A stretch of 64,000 nucleotides of DNA, from the NCBI GenBank assembly GCA_964187785.1, contig OZ076417.1:22878001-22942000 (forward strand). The letters are read 5' to 3'. The notes beneath the pieces are model-generated. The model was not told the origin of the DNA and ran no database searches. It saw only the letters and a list, made by a program, of their open reading frames with translations. The position numbers were made by a program, and so were the translations under genes. Of the stretch, positions 50,802 through 61,853 are shown piece by piece (positions within the stretch are counted from its first letter, which is position 1; every line of letters begins with the position of its first letter). Source of the DNA: Amphiscolops sp. MND2022 (Eukaryota).

Positions 50802-53480
50802 ATCTTTTCTTTATCCGATGCACAAAGTCAAGATCATCATCGTTCTTAGTGCCCTTTGGCTTGGAACTACTGGCTTTAGAACCGCTGGCCTTGGAGCTTT
50901 GACCTTCCGCCTTCGATGATTTAGGCTTCTTTCTGCTTTTCTCAGTTATACAATTCGACTCCTCAGACCCGCTGCTTTGCCTCGCCTATCTTGCGCTCTG
51001 CTCACTACGAGACGGCCGATTATGTTTATTGCACTCAACGTAATGCTTCTCGTAGTCCTTACATCGCTGCAGCGAAAGCCGAACACACAAATCTCTCTGT
51101 TTCGACAAGGAACTATACACAGGCCCAACAAAATTCCCCACAGATTGATCTCACCACTCACAAAGAAGACTCCCGATTGATCCACGGCAACTCGAACAGC
51201 ATCCAGCGTCTGGGCAGTGACAAAGGACGTATGAATATACACTGGCCTTAATACGAACGACTGTATCATACGTATACAGTTCTGGAGTGCCTCCTCACGC
51301 AAAGAACTACCATCCAAATTGATCTTCACAGAAGGATAAACGATCTTAGGAGTCTCAACTGCAAGGCAACAGAGCTTGAACACGTGCAACAAATGACTCC
51401 GTGATTGGAAGCTGAAATCTTGAATCAAGTAGTCTACATTGTTTTGAATGTTGCAAGCGGACTGACCGGAGCTACACTGCAATCCTCGCCTTTTATCACA
51501 TAGCTCCCAAACTCATCCTTAGCGCGTCCTGATTCATCAGCAGTTAACGAATTACACACTTTCAACAGACGGCACAGATCCGCAAAGTGACCGAATTTTC
51601 TATTGTCATCACCTTCAAATAAAATCTCTGGACAGAAGCTGTACAAACAACGTGACACTCCGGAAGTCACATTGGCGCTTCCAACAATTATCACAATCAG
51701 CCTATCAATAAACTGGCGAGACCGTACAGGGAATTCACTCGTCTTCTTCGTCATCAATGTTTTGCCAAAGTCATCGTTCACCAGGAATCCTCGATAATCA
51801 CCACGGGAAAATCAGCGACTGACTCGACAGACATATACTTGTCCCATTCATGGATGCCTGGGAGACATCCTGTGACCCGAGTCTTCATCAACAAGCAATA
51901 CACGAAATTGCACAGCTCACCGTGTGAATGAAAACTGTAATCAGTCCGATCTACCAGCAACTTCGTGAAACTGTTGTAGACTAAAACACAATGAAGACTT
52001 CACAAATAACTCATTTACAGAAAAGGAAACGAATAGACAACAAAACAGAAACAGATATAACAAATGCGGAAGCACAATCAAAGCCAAATATAACACAGTC
52101 AACAGAGGACACAAACTGATCTACTCACACGTATTGAGTATCAATTGCAAAAGCCCAAATCGATACGTAAGCATGTCATCGGCAATGATGTTCCAATCAG
52201 CCCCTTTCAAATGAAACAACGGAAAAGCACATCCTAATAATCAGTAAGCAACACACCGCCAGCGCAACGACAGCTCTACTAATTGTGTCGGCAGTGTCTT
52301 TTGCAGGAGGCAGTCCCGTACAACGGATGTATGGTCTTATAGATGGCTAGACATCAATCACGTCACCGAGCAAGCTCCGTAGATCGCCAAAATCCACGAT
52401 CCCCTTCTGGATACAACGTCGTTGAGCAACTTTATCTTCTGTCCACCCTTCGTGTAGAGCGCCATCTAAATCGCCATCAAACTTCTGCGTAACAATAAAT
52501 TGTCGAGAATTATCTCGACGATCGTTCAACACACGCAGCTATAGAGAACTACAACCACGTATGGCGACTGGCAACAACTGATCCTCCATACAGCACACCC
52601 TTTTAACACAAGGGACCAATTCAACATTAGGAAAAATCTGATCCAATGGCTGACTATCGATACATATCTTCTTTAAATGCTCATCATCACAATAAACGAC
52701 GTAACAATACTCGACGAAGCCTGTTCGCTCAAACTCAAGACTGTACTTTCGTGACACAGAAATGGAGCCCAGGACCAGACGTAGCACTCGCGGAGCAAGG
52801 CCCTGACAGAGAAATGACTAAACCAAACAAGTAAATAGCACGATCCCAAAAATCAGAAAAAAAACATGACAACAATCACGCTCTCAAACAGAAGACCAAT
52901 ATAACAACAATCAACAAAAACTACACGACTACGCTAACCACAGTTTCAGAACGGCCCAATTTACTTGAAACTCGGGCTGTCGTGCCGCCAACGACGAAGT
53001 AAAGTGCGCCCAGAGATGACGCAGCAAAAGGAAATCGCCCCCTCGGCGAAACAGCCAACAAAATGCTGGAAACCTGAAAGTCATGAATGGCACCATTGAT
53101 TTCAAGTCCTGGAAAAACTTCCCCCAAGTCTTCAAATACCCCCCCAAGACTTTCGGAAAGCTGTTATGTCCGGAAAGCTGATTCCGTCAGTGTTATGGGT
53201 TCTAGCAGCTTATTTCACAGAGGCAGATCCATGTGTACTCTGTACGTCACATCACGACGCCAATGTCCCATTGACACGAAATGACGCACAATCTCTGATA
53301 CGCCGTGAGCTTTAATCGACACGTCACGCTTACACACGCGACAAAAGAAATACTCATCAGATCCACACTTTGCACCAGTGACAAAATCCACAAATGCGGA
53401 TTCTCGGACAGCATCCGTCGATTGAGAAGATTACGTTTGCTATTTTTTCGTCTCTTCTCTTTGAAAATCAAACGCTACTT
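50802..53480 (-). pseudogene. ORF2 of D: zinc finger plus hAT-transposase-like body, antisense to pol
   Basis: My translation of 53240-53400: FFCRVCKRDVSIKAHGVSEIVRHFVSMGHWRRD (cf. B VWCHMCKKNFSIKSKGPFEILRHHRTEKHLRRD); LYSFCPEILFE...RAKDEFGSYV and RSHLLHVFKLCC...LQNCIRMIQSF match A's ORF2. Confidence 0.8.
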
Positions 53481-53499
53481 CACTCTCTCTGACAGATCA

Positions 53500-54640
53500 T
53501 GGAAACCTACAAAACTATACAAGTCACAAGCAAAAGACGACAACAATCTTCCAAGCAATATAAACGCAATCAGGAGACAGGCATCACAATAATCAAACAG
53601 ATTCCTCAACTCGAACACAAACAAATAAAAGAACCTACCGCTCTGTATGGTCCGGGAAGTTCATCCTTCTATCTCCTGCACCAATTGCCGAGACAGTCTC
53701 ATCCAGTCTTGAGGACTAAAAGCCAAATCTCGACATCATCTTGACCTAAAGCATACGGACACATTACGTCCCAGGATCAGCATGAAGACCTCACCGAAAT
53801 CCTACCTCCCCACTATCAACCGAAAACAACAATTCAAACACTAACTAATACAACTGCCTTGACCAGGCGTCACGGGAGAAAACTCGATAACTGTCTCAAC
53901 TTTCTTCCCCCGCTTAGAAGGTGTCACAAAGCTCACAGCACGTCCTCCACGCGTTTTCCTATTTTAACCTGCGAGCAAATTATATACATATACACAAACT
54001 AAGCAACAAACCCGCCTAACCAAGCCAAGTCTGTCAACGAGGATAACCTTCTTTTTCTCGGGAGGCCGGATCAGTCTCACCTCCTTGAGACTCACTTTCA
54101 GTGCAATCATCCTCCGAAGAAACCTCGTCGGTAGGACATCGGGAAGTAGTAGGAACTTCAAACTCACATGCACCAAGGACAGTTGTCAAAACATCATTGA
54201 CCGAAGTGGGTGGAACAACGGGCAATATGGTTGAAACTGAAGGCAACGCAGTCCCAGCAGAAGGAGTTACTGCCGAAGTGGTTACGGAGACGACAACAGC
54301 TGAAGTTGTGCCACGTTCAGGAACTGAAAATCAAGATCTGGTTTCAGACGCGTCAGGTAATTGTGTATGACTTGGAAAGGCTGATCACCAAAACAATAGT
54401 CCAATTACCCATGAAAGTCTGAAAGATTTTACCAATCTGAAGTGGATCGACCAAAATCGATATCAGACGTAATCATATCGGCATCGGAATAACCATTAAC
54501 AGTCTCATTTCCACTGATGAAACATGTATTGGCCACTACTGGAGGACTCGACTCTTTCTCCCCCACTGATGGCATCAAAAGAAACCAAAATCTGCACTGC
54601 AATCTGAAAAAGAAGGAGAACAACTAAGAAGGGATACCCA
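53500..54640 (-). pseudogene. Probable ORF1 of D (acidic, S/T/E-rich, spliced, degenerate)
   Basis: Same position and orientation as ORF1 in A and B; low-complexity acidic fragments (54034-54246, 54429-54623); only weak similarity (PYALGQDDVEIWLLVL) to the conserved core. Confidence 0.45.
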
Positions 54641-55117
54641 AGAAAATCATTCTTAAACAAAAACGTCCCTATAACGTAAAACTTTGAAGAGAAATCAACA
54701 GCATCAAATTGACGTAACAGAAGGAAACATCATTCATTACAAATTTCTATCCTATGGTCCTTATTGACATTGACGGAAACCTAACGCTCGCAAGAACTAA
54801 AGGTGGATAAAATCTACTAGGAATCCTAAAAAAAGAATAGCCTTTTTAAAATATGACGTCCCATGAATACATTCCCTTCGGAAAAAAATGATGACGCCAT
54901 AACGAAGATAAAAAATCCGAAGATTTTCCTTTTCGGTTCAGCCAATCACAGCGCAGACGGAAGGAAAACGCTTTTCCGAACTAAGTCGGACCGGAACGAT
55001 GGAAGGAATTGGACCAATAGGAATGTAGTGAAAGTTACGAAATGGGAAGATTGACCTCTTCATTTAATAACTGCATTCAATCAAACTTCGCAACTTAAAA
55101 TCTCAGTTGCCTTGGAA

Positions 55118-55833
55118 ATGGACAATTACTCTTTCGTAATTGACATCTCTTCCGATGAAGAGAACAGTAGATATAGTACGCCTATTAAAACGCTGCCTTT
55201 AAACATGGTGGTATAGTTAAACTTGAGCGATTCTTCCGCGGAAGTCTGGAGAGTCAGTGAAGCCGAACTTAATTCATCTTCAACATCTGTTTCAATGTTT
55301 GAGTCCGAAGCCTCTCCGCGCAAATTAGGAGTGGTTGCGTCTCCTGAAATGACAACACCTAATGAGAAGGGCGAGACGTTCTTGGTAGAAAGGCACGAGG
55401 AAAAAGATTCTACGTCTAGCTACTTCGAAGAACCAGATTCGCCCCGAGCAATGCCGCCCCTACAACCTGCACCCTCTCTGAAGGACATAACAACCTTGCT
55501 TCCTACGTGCCGCCTACGAAAATAAATAAATTAAACGATCTATCAGATGACGAGCCGTCGATTGCAGAAATGGAAGAAGTCTGGGCCTCAACCTAAAAGA
55601 TTTGTCAAACAACACACACAGGACGTGGTAACAGCTTCACCTCCACGAAAGTACAGAGGCTACGAAATCAGTCCGTAACAGTACTCAAAGAGATTTCTCA
55701 TTGCTCTGGCCTGCCAGCGTTTCGTGCGAGAGGGTCCCTGTCGCGACCCGCTCGCGGTCGCAGTTTCACTTGCTGTTCCGACATCCCAGCATTCGCCCAA
55801 GGACGAGGTCACAGGCACGTTAAGTATTTTTAA
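55118..55833 (+). pseudogene. ORF X of D (MDNYSFVIDISSDEE...), final frame reads into the 3' LTR
   Basis: SIM-like VIDISSDEE; acidic/Ser-rich; the last frame GSLSRPA crosses the TGTCGC LTR start in the same codon phase as VSQAA in A and B; internal stops. Confidence 0.7.
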
Positions 55834-56922
55834 ACAAATTTTAAACTAACAAAGATAATTAACCAATTCTACTTACAGTACAGTTAAGTGTTTGACCTAC
55901 GACTTTTCTGAACAATAAACTTGCGTACACATTACGGAACACTCTTTAGAAATAATTTTATAATAGTCAAATCAAAACTTCCGGTCCGGTGACTCTACGC
56001 GTGATCACTTTACTTCCGGTTTCGTCTTCTGAAAATTAATACTGATCTAAATAGCGAAACATGAACAGAGTTCTAAAAGGAAATCTCTTCTTCTTTTGAC
56101 AACATGAAAATTATTATTGAAAATGGTATCCAATCCAAAATCCCTACGAAAATCATACAATCTAAACTGAAAAGGACATACAAATTAGTATAGTGGAGTG
56201 TTTTCCAGTGGAAAGAATAGTTGTTAGATTCACTTAAATTACAGTCAAGCAATTTAAGCAAACAATTACAACGTTATGGTAACGTCACTCAAATAAGTTA
56301 GTAACTGGTGTTTCTATTTTGACGGACCAATAACGTTGTCGTTTGCCAAGATAAGTGAGCTCAGTCCAATAATAACGTCGCCTTTGCAACGCCGCTCAGT
56401 TGAGAAAAAAATGAATGGACGCCTTCGATCTCCGCCGTATTTCCGTCAGCCTTCGTTCAACTATACCTAATCTTAAAACGTACGGAGCGCTTGCGGAGCA
56501 AATTGTAAAATTGTAAAGTTATACCTGATCTTAATACGTACGGAGCGCTTACGGAGCGAATTGTAATGTTGTAAGAGAAAGGAGTGAACATCAGTGTAGA
56601 ATTTCAGGAATTTCTCTTGGAAAACGGTACTGAAAGCATTCGAAAGTTTAAGATACACATAACAAAAACTCTACTGTAAAGAAGGATTAGGAAATCATGT
56701 TGACAATCATGTACATTCAGATTCGTTTTGTGCCTTTAATAAGAAAGTACGCTGATCTTACGTTGCAAACTATCTTCTCTGATGATGACATCACATGTTT
56801 TATTGTTTCTGCATATCTAAATTCCATAAAAGCAACGTAAGGTTTCATTTTTTTATTTTTCGGGATGTTGCGAACTACCTTTATTATAAAGTTCCCGTGA
56901 GATACTTTCTGTTGTTGATGTG
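55739..56922 (+). repeat. 3' LTR of D, truncated by insertion of B after ...GTTGATGTG
   Basis: Aligns with 42980-~44099; homology stops exactly where B's terminal TGTCGTAA starts (56923). Confidence 0.9.
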
Positions 56923-57514
56923 TGTCGTAAGCACGGGAGTTAGTGCTTTTGAATCCGTCTTTGGAACGGTCGTTAGCCTGTTTATTCTTAGAATTGTTCC
57001 TAGGTTCTAAGTTTTGCAGTACTTCAGAATATCCTTCCGGTCTCTCGTCCGGAACGTTCCATCCCTCTTTGGTCAATTGTCCCGATCCGGCCATAACTGC
57101 ATTTTGGATTTGAGGCAAAATTTGGCTACTAATTGCCTCATTTATGGCCCTTTGAATCTGAACACTGACGCTATTCATCATTTCATCCATCTCTCGAGAT
57201 ATACGTGAATTTAACTCACTCGACAATCTATTGATCTCAACGCTTGAACACTCCCTGATCGAATTATGGCCTAATTCGGTATTTGGACTTGGTCCATCAT
57301 TTCTCGGATTCTGGAATCTATTTTCATTTTCATCTTCAAATTCATCCCCGAACAAGCTTTCCGGTCTACCGACCTGATTACTATTCACACTTTCATTTCT
57401 CTCATTTCTTTCAAAATGGTTCTCACCTAACATAATGTCCAGATTTTCAATATCTGATAACATCTCGAGTCCTCTAGACTTTCTCGCTTTCTTTTGCTTT
57501 CTAGTGGTAGGCAT
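56717..57514 (-). CDS. Gag N-terminus encoded in B's 3' LTR (~197 aa), read through into flanking D-LTR DNA (265-aa chimeric ORF)
   Basis: MPTTRKQKKARKSRGLEMLSDIENLDIMLG...RISREMDEMMNSVSVQIQRAINEAISSQILPQIQ...SRAYD, where the LTR ends; open frame. Confidence 0.75.
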   Translation of the reverse strand: MPTTRKQKKARKSRGLEMLSDIENLDIMLGENHFERNERNESVNSNQVGRPESLFGDEFEDENENRFQNPRNDGPSPNTELGHNSIRECSSVEINRLSSELNSRISREMDEMMNSVSVQIQRAINEAISSQILPQIQNAVMAGSGQLTKEGWNVPDERPEGYSEVLQNLEPRNNSKNKQANDRSKDGFKSTNSRAYDTHQQQKVSHGNFIIKVVRNIPKNKKMKPYVAFMEFRYAETIKHVMSSSEKIVCNVRSAYFLIKGTKRI

Positions 57515-58790
57515 TAAGACAGAACCGGGTTGAATAGTTCAATTATTAAAACCGGAAAACTGACAAAAGTCGTTGTGTTATTTCAATCTTTATCAAAGTG
57601 CGGGTATGAGATTAATAATCTTTTTACAGAAATATGGCTATATATACTCGTAAAAAGGATGACACTCACATTCCACAAATTCTTTGATCAAGAAATCATC
57701 ACATGTCTATGGCCTTAACAGGTCATGTGACAGGTATTATTATGGCATTGAGTTGGGTATTCAACACTTCAAAGCGGATACTTTAGGGTGGTGTCCCAAT
57801 TGGGAAAATTCCTAGTTTCAGGGTGGTCCTTAGGAATTCGACATCAAAAGAATGATGATTAACGGGGCACACAAGCAGCACCTTCAAGTGTCATGTTTAT
57901 AAACATCATCAACATTACCTTGTCAGCAAATACCAATGTCTATTAAAGGAATGCAAAAGGCATCTCTTCGGAATGCACATGCGGCACGTGTCACCACGCG
58001 CTTATTATTCAACGTAAGGGGAAGCAACTTTAAATAATACATGTCTAATCTATTTAAACATCACTGCATCATTAAATAAGAGCATAAAAGGGCCGAAATC
58101 GGCCAAATCCTGATTAATGGTACAATACTAGGGGGAGGAAGGGTAAAAGACCTTATTCGGCCTTTGATCAGCATCTAGTTTATTTGGTCCATTTGGGGTG
58201 CGTTGGTACTATTTTAATATTAAAACACCTTTGAAATGATCCCCAACTAATATGGTTAATTATAAGGTACAGATAATACAGCATCACTCATTGCATCAAG
58301 ACGGCCTAAACCGGCCATTTGACCAAGGTACAAAACAATTCGTGGACATTAAGTTAATTGGCCGTATTCGGCCGCTACCAAATCAAAGCTATACTGCACT
58401 TGTGAATTGGAACGCTGTGATTGGTTGAGGGAATGAGCTCAAGTGACGTTTTTGGATTATCGCTGAGCGTCACTTGAACTCGTTTCCTATACCGCTTTAC
58501 AGTTGCTTATACAAGTATTGCTTTCCGATTCAACTGACTTACATTTCAACTGCACTTTCGCAAAGTAACTTAATTTGGACATCTCTAAATTGTACAAACT
58601 TTAACAGACTAATTTGAACATCCAGTATAAATAACCAAATAAAATAAATATAAACGAAATACATGACGTAAACAGTTTCCAAAGTTTTAGCAGTTTTACT
58701 CTTAAAAGGTCGGCAGCGTTCCGGGTATGACTTCTTGGTCATTGTTTGTTGTCGTAATCATAGTGCCGTCACAGGCGGCAGCCTGCGACA
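56923..58790 (-). repeat. 3' LTR of B (1868 bp)
   Basis: First 22 nt identical to the TSD-defined start of A's 5' LTR; end defined by the break in D's LTR; TATATATAG about 125 bp upstream of the gag ATG. Confidence 0.8.
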
Positions 58791-59484
58791 CTGCGGGTGC
58801 AAGGAAAAGAAACGAACCTGCGTTCAATCCGTTTTCATAGGCTTCTCTCCTCAGCTTTGTTATGAATTCCGGCTCGTCTCCCGGTGTAGATCTGTCCATG
58901 TACCAGTCTACTCGTTGTTTCTTGATCGCATCTACTGAGCGGCCGCAGACCATGCATCCGGTATAACGTGTTTCGCTGACGTTTTCGTACGGCCTCGTGT
59001 TTTGGATGTGGTATGAAGCCCTGAATCCAGAATCGGCCACTACTAGCGGGGTATTCACAGACGGTCCTCTCTCATGAGGGGGCGGTGACAAAGGTGACTC
59101 CATGACAGGAAGTAGGGTTTTGCATAGCTCTATCCGAGATTTCCCTATCTTCTTTGGGGGAGCATAACACATTTCTTTATCGAAATATTTGCGGTCCAAC
59201 TTCGGGGTCACGTCTGCCTGCATCTGCTTGGAGCTCGGACCAGCTTCTATATTTTCTTCTTCTTCGGGCAAATCTACAGTCATAATGCGGCCCCCTATTA
59301 ACATGGGGCTGGAGACTACTTCTCTCTCGATCCTGGCTACTAGTTGTTCAGTATCAGTGGAACAGTCGGTTTCCCAGTCTGAGGCTTCACTCTCACTACT
59401 AGATATGTAGATGACAGATTCGTTGGATTCATCAGAATCATAGTCTAAGTCGAATAACTTTCTCGCCAGATTGTACTTGCTCAT
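58702..59484 (-). CDS. ORF X of B, intact 260 aa, unknown function (acidic SIM-like N-terminus, CxxC)
   Basis: Open ORF; VIYISSSESE, GCMVCGRS, AVSQAAACDG; homologous to 9363-10196. Confidence 0.8.
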   Translation of the reverse strand: MSKYNLARKLFDLDYDSDESNESVIYISSSESEASDWETDCSTDTEQLVARIEREVVSSPMLIGGRIMTVDLPEEEENIEAGPSSKQMQADVTPKLDRKYFDKEMCYAPPKKIGKSRIELCKTLLPVMESPLSPPPHERGPSVNTPLVVADSGFRASYHIQNTRPYENVSETRYTGCMVCGRSVDAIKKQRVDWYMDRSTPGDEPEFITKLRREAYENGLNAGSFLFLAPAVSQAAACDGTMITTTNNDQEVIPGTLPTF

Positions 59485-60511
59485 TATGAGTTTTTTAGCT
59501 ATCTTGAAGCTTGAGGAGGCAACTAATTAGAGTCAAAGTTTGAGATAGAATGAATCCAACAAATTTGAGAATTTAGCCGACTCGGGCCTTTTCCCGGCAA
59601 TTCGTCTTCGGCGGTTGAGTCTTCGGTAAATTGTCCTGATCCGACATAAACATTCCTGAATGGAATTCCATAATTAGGTGGCCGCCTTTGATATACTGCT
59701 GTTTACCCGTCATCAATACCATCACTTGAAGAGGTGTGAACGACGCTTGAGCTGTTAACGTCAACTCTCTCCATTTCAAGTGGGTAATTAACGGGTCGCT
59801 TGAAAGCTATTAACGACACGCGCCGCTAAATTCTTTCAACATGGCTTCAACCAATCAGAGTTAAGCTCCGATAAAATGAAAAATTAAGTAATAAAATGGC
59901 GAAAATGATAAATTGAAATAATTCAAAATGGCGGAAATAACAATTTGAGTAACTATAATAACAGAAGTCCCAATTAGGATAACAAACGAAATGGAACAAG
60001 ATGATAAACCGAAATAGGGTAAACGGCCGCAGTCGGCCAATAATTCCATAAGTTGTAAATAATGAAGTAATCTTTGCACATTTCGCTGGCAGACTCCATG
60101 TACAGAATAAATATGTAAATAATCCCATAATATTAGTCTGGTAATAATCTTCAGCCACGAACTCCAACTCTTCAATTCCTTATTTTGAATTCCAATTCAA
60201 TTCCTTTTATTTTAAATTGCATTTCTCCGTTCATATTCATCTTCGATCTTCTTTTATCCAATTCCATACTTATCAATTGTTCAACCACTCGTCTGTGTTT
60301 CGGCTACAATATTGATCCTCTTTCCCCGGATTCATCCAAACCCGTCTCTTTCTCATCGCTAAGTTTGGCTCTGCCCCTTGACCGATTCATCCAATTGGGA
60401 GAGTAATCAAGAACGTCGCTTCAGCAGCAGGATGTCTTCCAATACAGGTGGGTTTTCTATTTATTTGAACTAAATTCTAACTTGATCAGAGTTAGTTTTG
60501 TTCACTAAGTG

Positions 60512-60578
60512 CTTCCTGTTTCCAATGTTGAACACGTAACCACATGTTCCGTTCAAATTTCTAAGTCACTTCCGGAAG
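60512..60578 (+). promoter_or_regulatory. Conserved motif pair upstream of ORF1 in B (CTTCCTGTTTC; TCACTTCCGGAAG)
   Basis: Shared with 26558-26618; lies just before the ATG at 60596. Confidence 0.65.
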
Positions 60579-60595
60579 ATTTCAAACGCGGTAAA

Positions 60596-61816
60596 ATGGA
60601 TTTCTTTCAAGGAAGCTCACCGCCAAATTTCATCTCTTTTTGTTTAGAGAATTATCCACCTGAAGAGGAAACGTCCTCAGTTGATCCCCCTCAATTACTG
60701 CCCCCTACAACTGAAAATGCTGCTCAGGAAACTTCCGTGGCTGCTAATGCTCTTTTCTCCCCTCAGAGTATTACCAGTGAAGTCGATGTCAACTCCTACG
60801 CTGACGCTGTGGTCCAACGCATGGAAACTCAGCAGTTTGCAAGCCAAGAAAACCAGGCTATGGGAGAAAAGGACAGGGAGTTAGAATCTACAGAAATTCC
60901 TGGAGGACAAACGACCCAGACAGATCCGATCCCTAGAGGTACCAGTACCCCAATTCCCATCGAAGAGGCAAGCGATCCACACTTGAATCTGACAGCCTTA
61001 GAGTCCGCGCTAGTAATTGCTACCACTTCCAACTCGCAATATCCTGAGCTGTTGACAGCGACAAAAGACGACGGAAATGACCTGTCAAGGACCGCCCTCA
61101 ATTCTGAGGAAGATAATGCATCTTCTGTTTATGAAGTACCTGCTCTACCCAATAACGAGCCTAAAGTGCGTTTCCTGGCCGATCTAAGTGAAGGAGAGAA
61201 AACTTCGGAGGAGACCAGCAGCTTCGTGAGACCATCATTGTACGGACACATTCCTGGCCTTAGCGAAAGTGAAGCGAATGCAGGGGACGAATCCGGCATT
61301 AGTACTCCACTCCCTGAGGACCTCATTGCCTCCACTTCCAGAGGACCTGATGACCAGCTGCCCGAATTGTCAGGGAGATCACGTGCTATTTTGAAGACTT
61401 ACTTCCTAGAAGAAAAGGCCTTTAATTTACCTCGAGGTAATCCCACAGTGGCTTTCACGGAACCACAAATTTATCATTTGTTGCGGGTCTTGACAGATGA
61501 GACCCTAAGGATGTCCCATACTAACATGGAACAGATGATTTTGGACGCCGTGAGAGGTAAACCGACAGCACTACCCTCGCGAACTGAAAGTTTCCGTTCA
61601 AGAGCTCGAGCTTCAACTCCTTTCAGACCAGCGGACAGTGATTCGAGTGATACAGAAGTTGAGCGATTTACATCCGGAGAGTCAGACGACCAGGATACGC
61701 AATGCCGAACTAACACGGGAGATTCTTCCTATTCTGGGGAGAGTGACAGTGCAGGGGAAATGGCTCTGATTACTGCTACGTACAAGCCGTACACAACAAA
61801 ACCGCCCACTGTCTGA
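60596..61816 (+). CDS. ORF1 of B, intact (~406 aa from MDFFQ), acidic/disordered with a conserved helical core
   Basis: Open frame 60509-61816; core homologous to A ORF1. Confidence 0.75.
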   Translation: MDFFQGSSPPNFISFCLENYPPEEETSSVDPPQLLPPTTENAAQETSVAANALFSPQSITSEVDVNSYADAVVQRMETQQFASQENQAMGEKDRELESTEIPGGQTTQTDPIPRGTSTPIPIEEASDPHLNLTALESALVIATTSNSQYPELLTATKDDGNDLSRTALNSEEDNASSVYEVPALPNNEPKVRFLADLSEGEKTSEETSSFVRPSLYGHIPGLSESEANAGDESGISTPLPEDLIASTSRGPDDQLPELSGRSRAILKTYFLEEKAFNLPRGNPTVAFTEPQIYHLLRVLTDETLRMSHTNMEQMILDAVRGKPTALPSRTESFRSRARASTPFRPADSDSSDTEVERFTSGESDDQDTQCRTNTGDSSYSGESDSAGEMALITATYKPYTTKPPTV

Positions 61817-61853
61817 GCACGTTACTCCTTTCATAAGTGGGGAACAGAGAGGA

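Larger units (their letters stand above)
42980..56922 (+). mobile_element. Gypsy element D (accessory-cassette clade); 3' LTR interrupted by element B
   Basis: LTR copies start TGTCGCGACC at 42980 and 55739 and stay alignable to 56922; PBS at 45293; gag-pol 44919-50650; antisense ORF2/ORF1 and sense ORF X lie before the 3' LTR. Confidence 0.9.

Noticed and set aside
59811-59837. Alternative LTR start for B (TGTCGTTA preceded by purine-rich GAAAGAATTTAGCGGCGCG), implying a 2.9-kb LTR
   Set aside because: The TSD-bounded 5' LTR of A and both LTRs of D start at TGTCGC within ORF X's C-terminus, and B shares 22 identical nt with A there. Kept only as a minor alternative.
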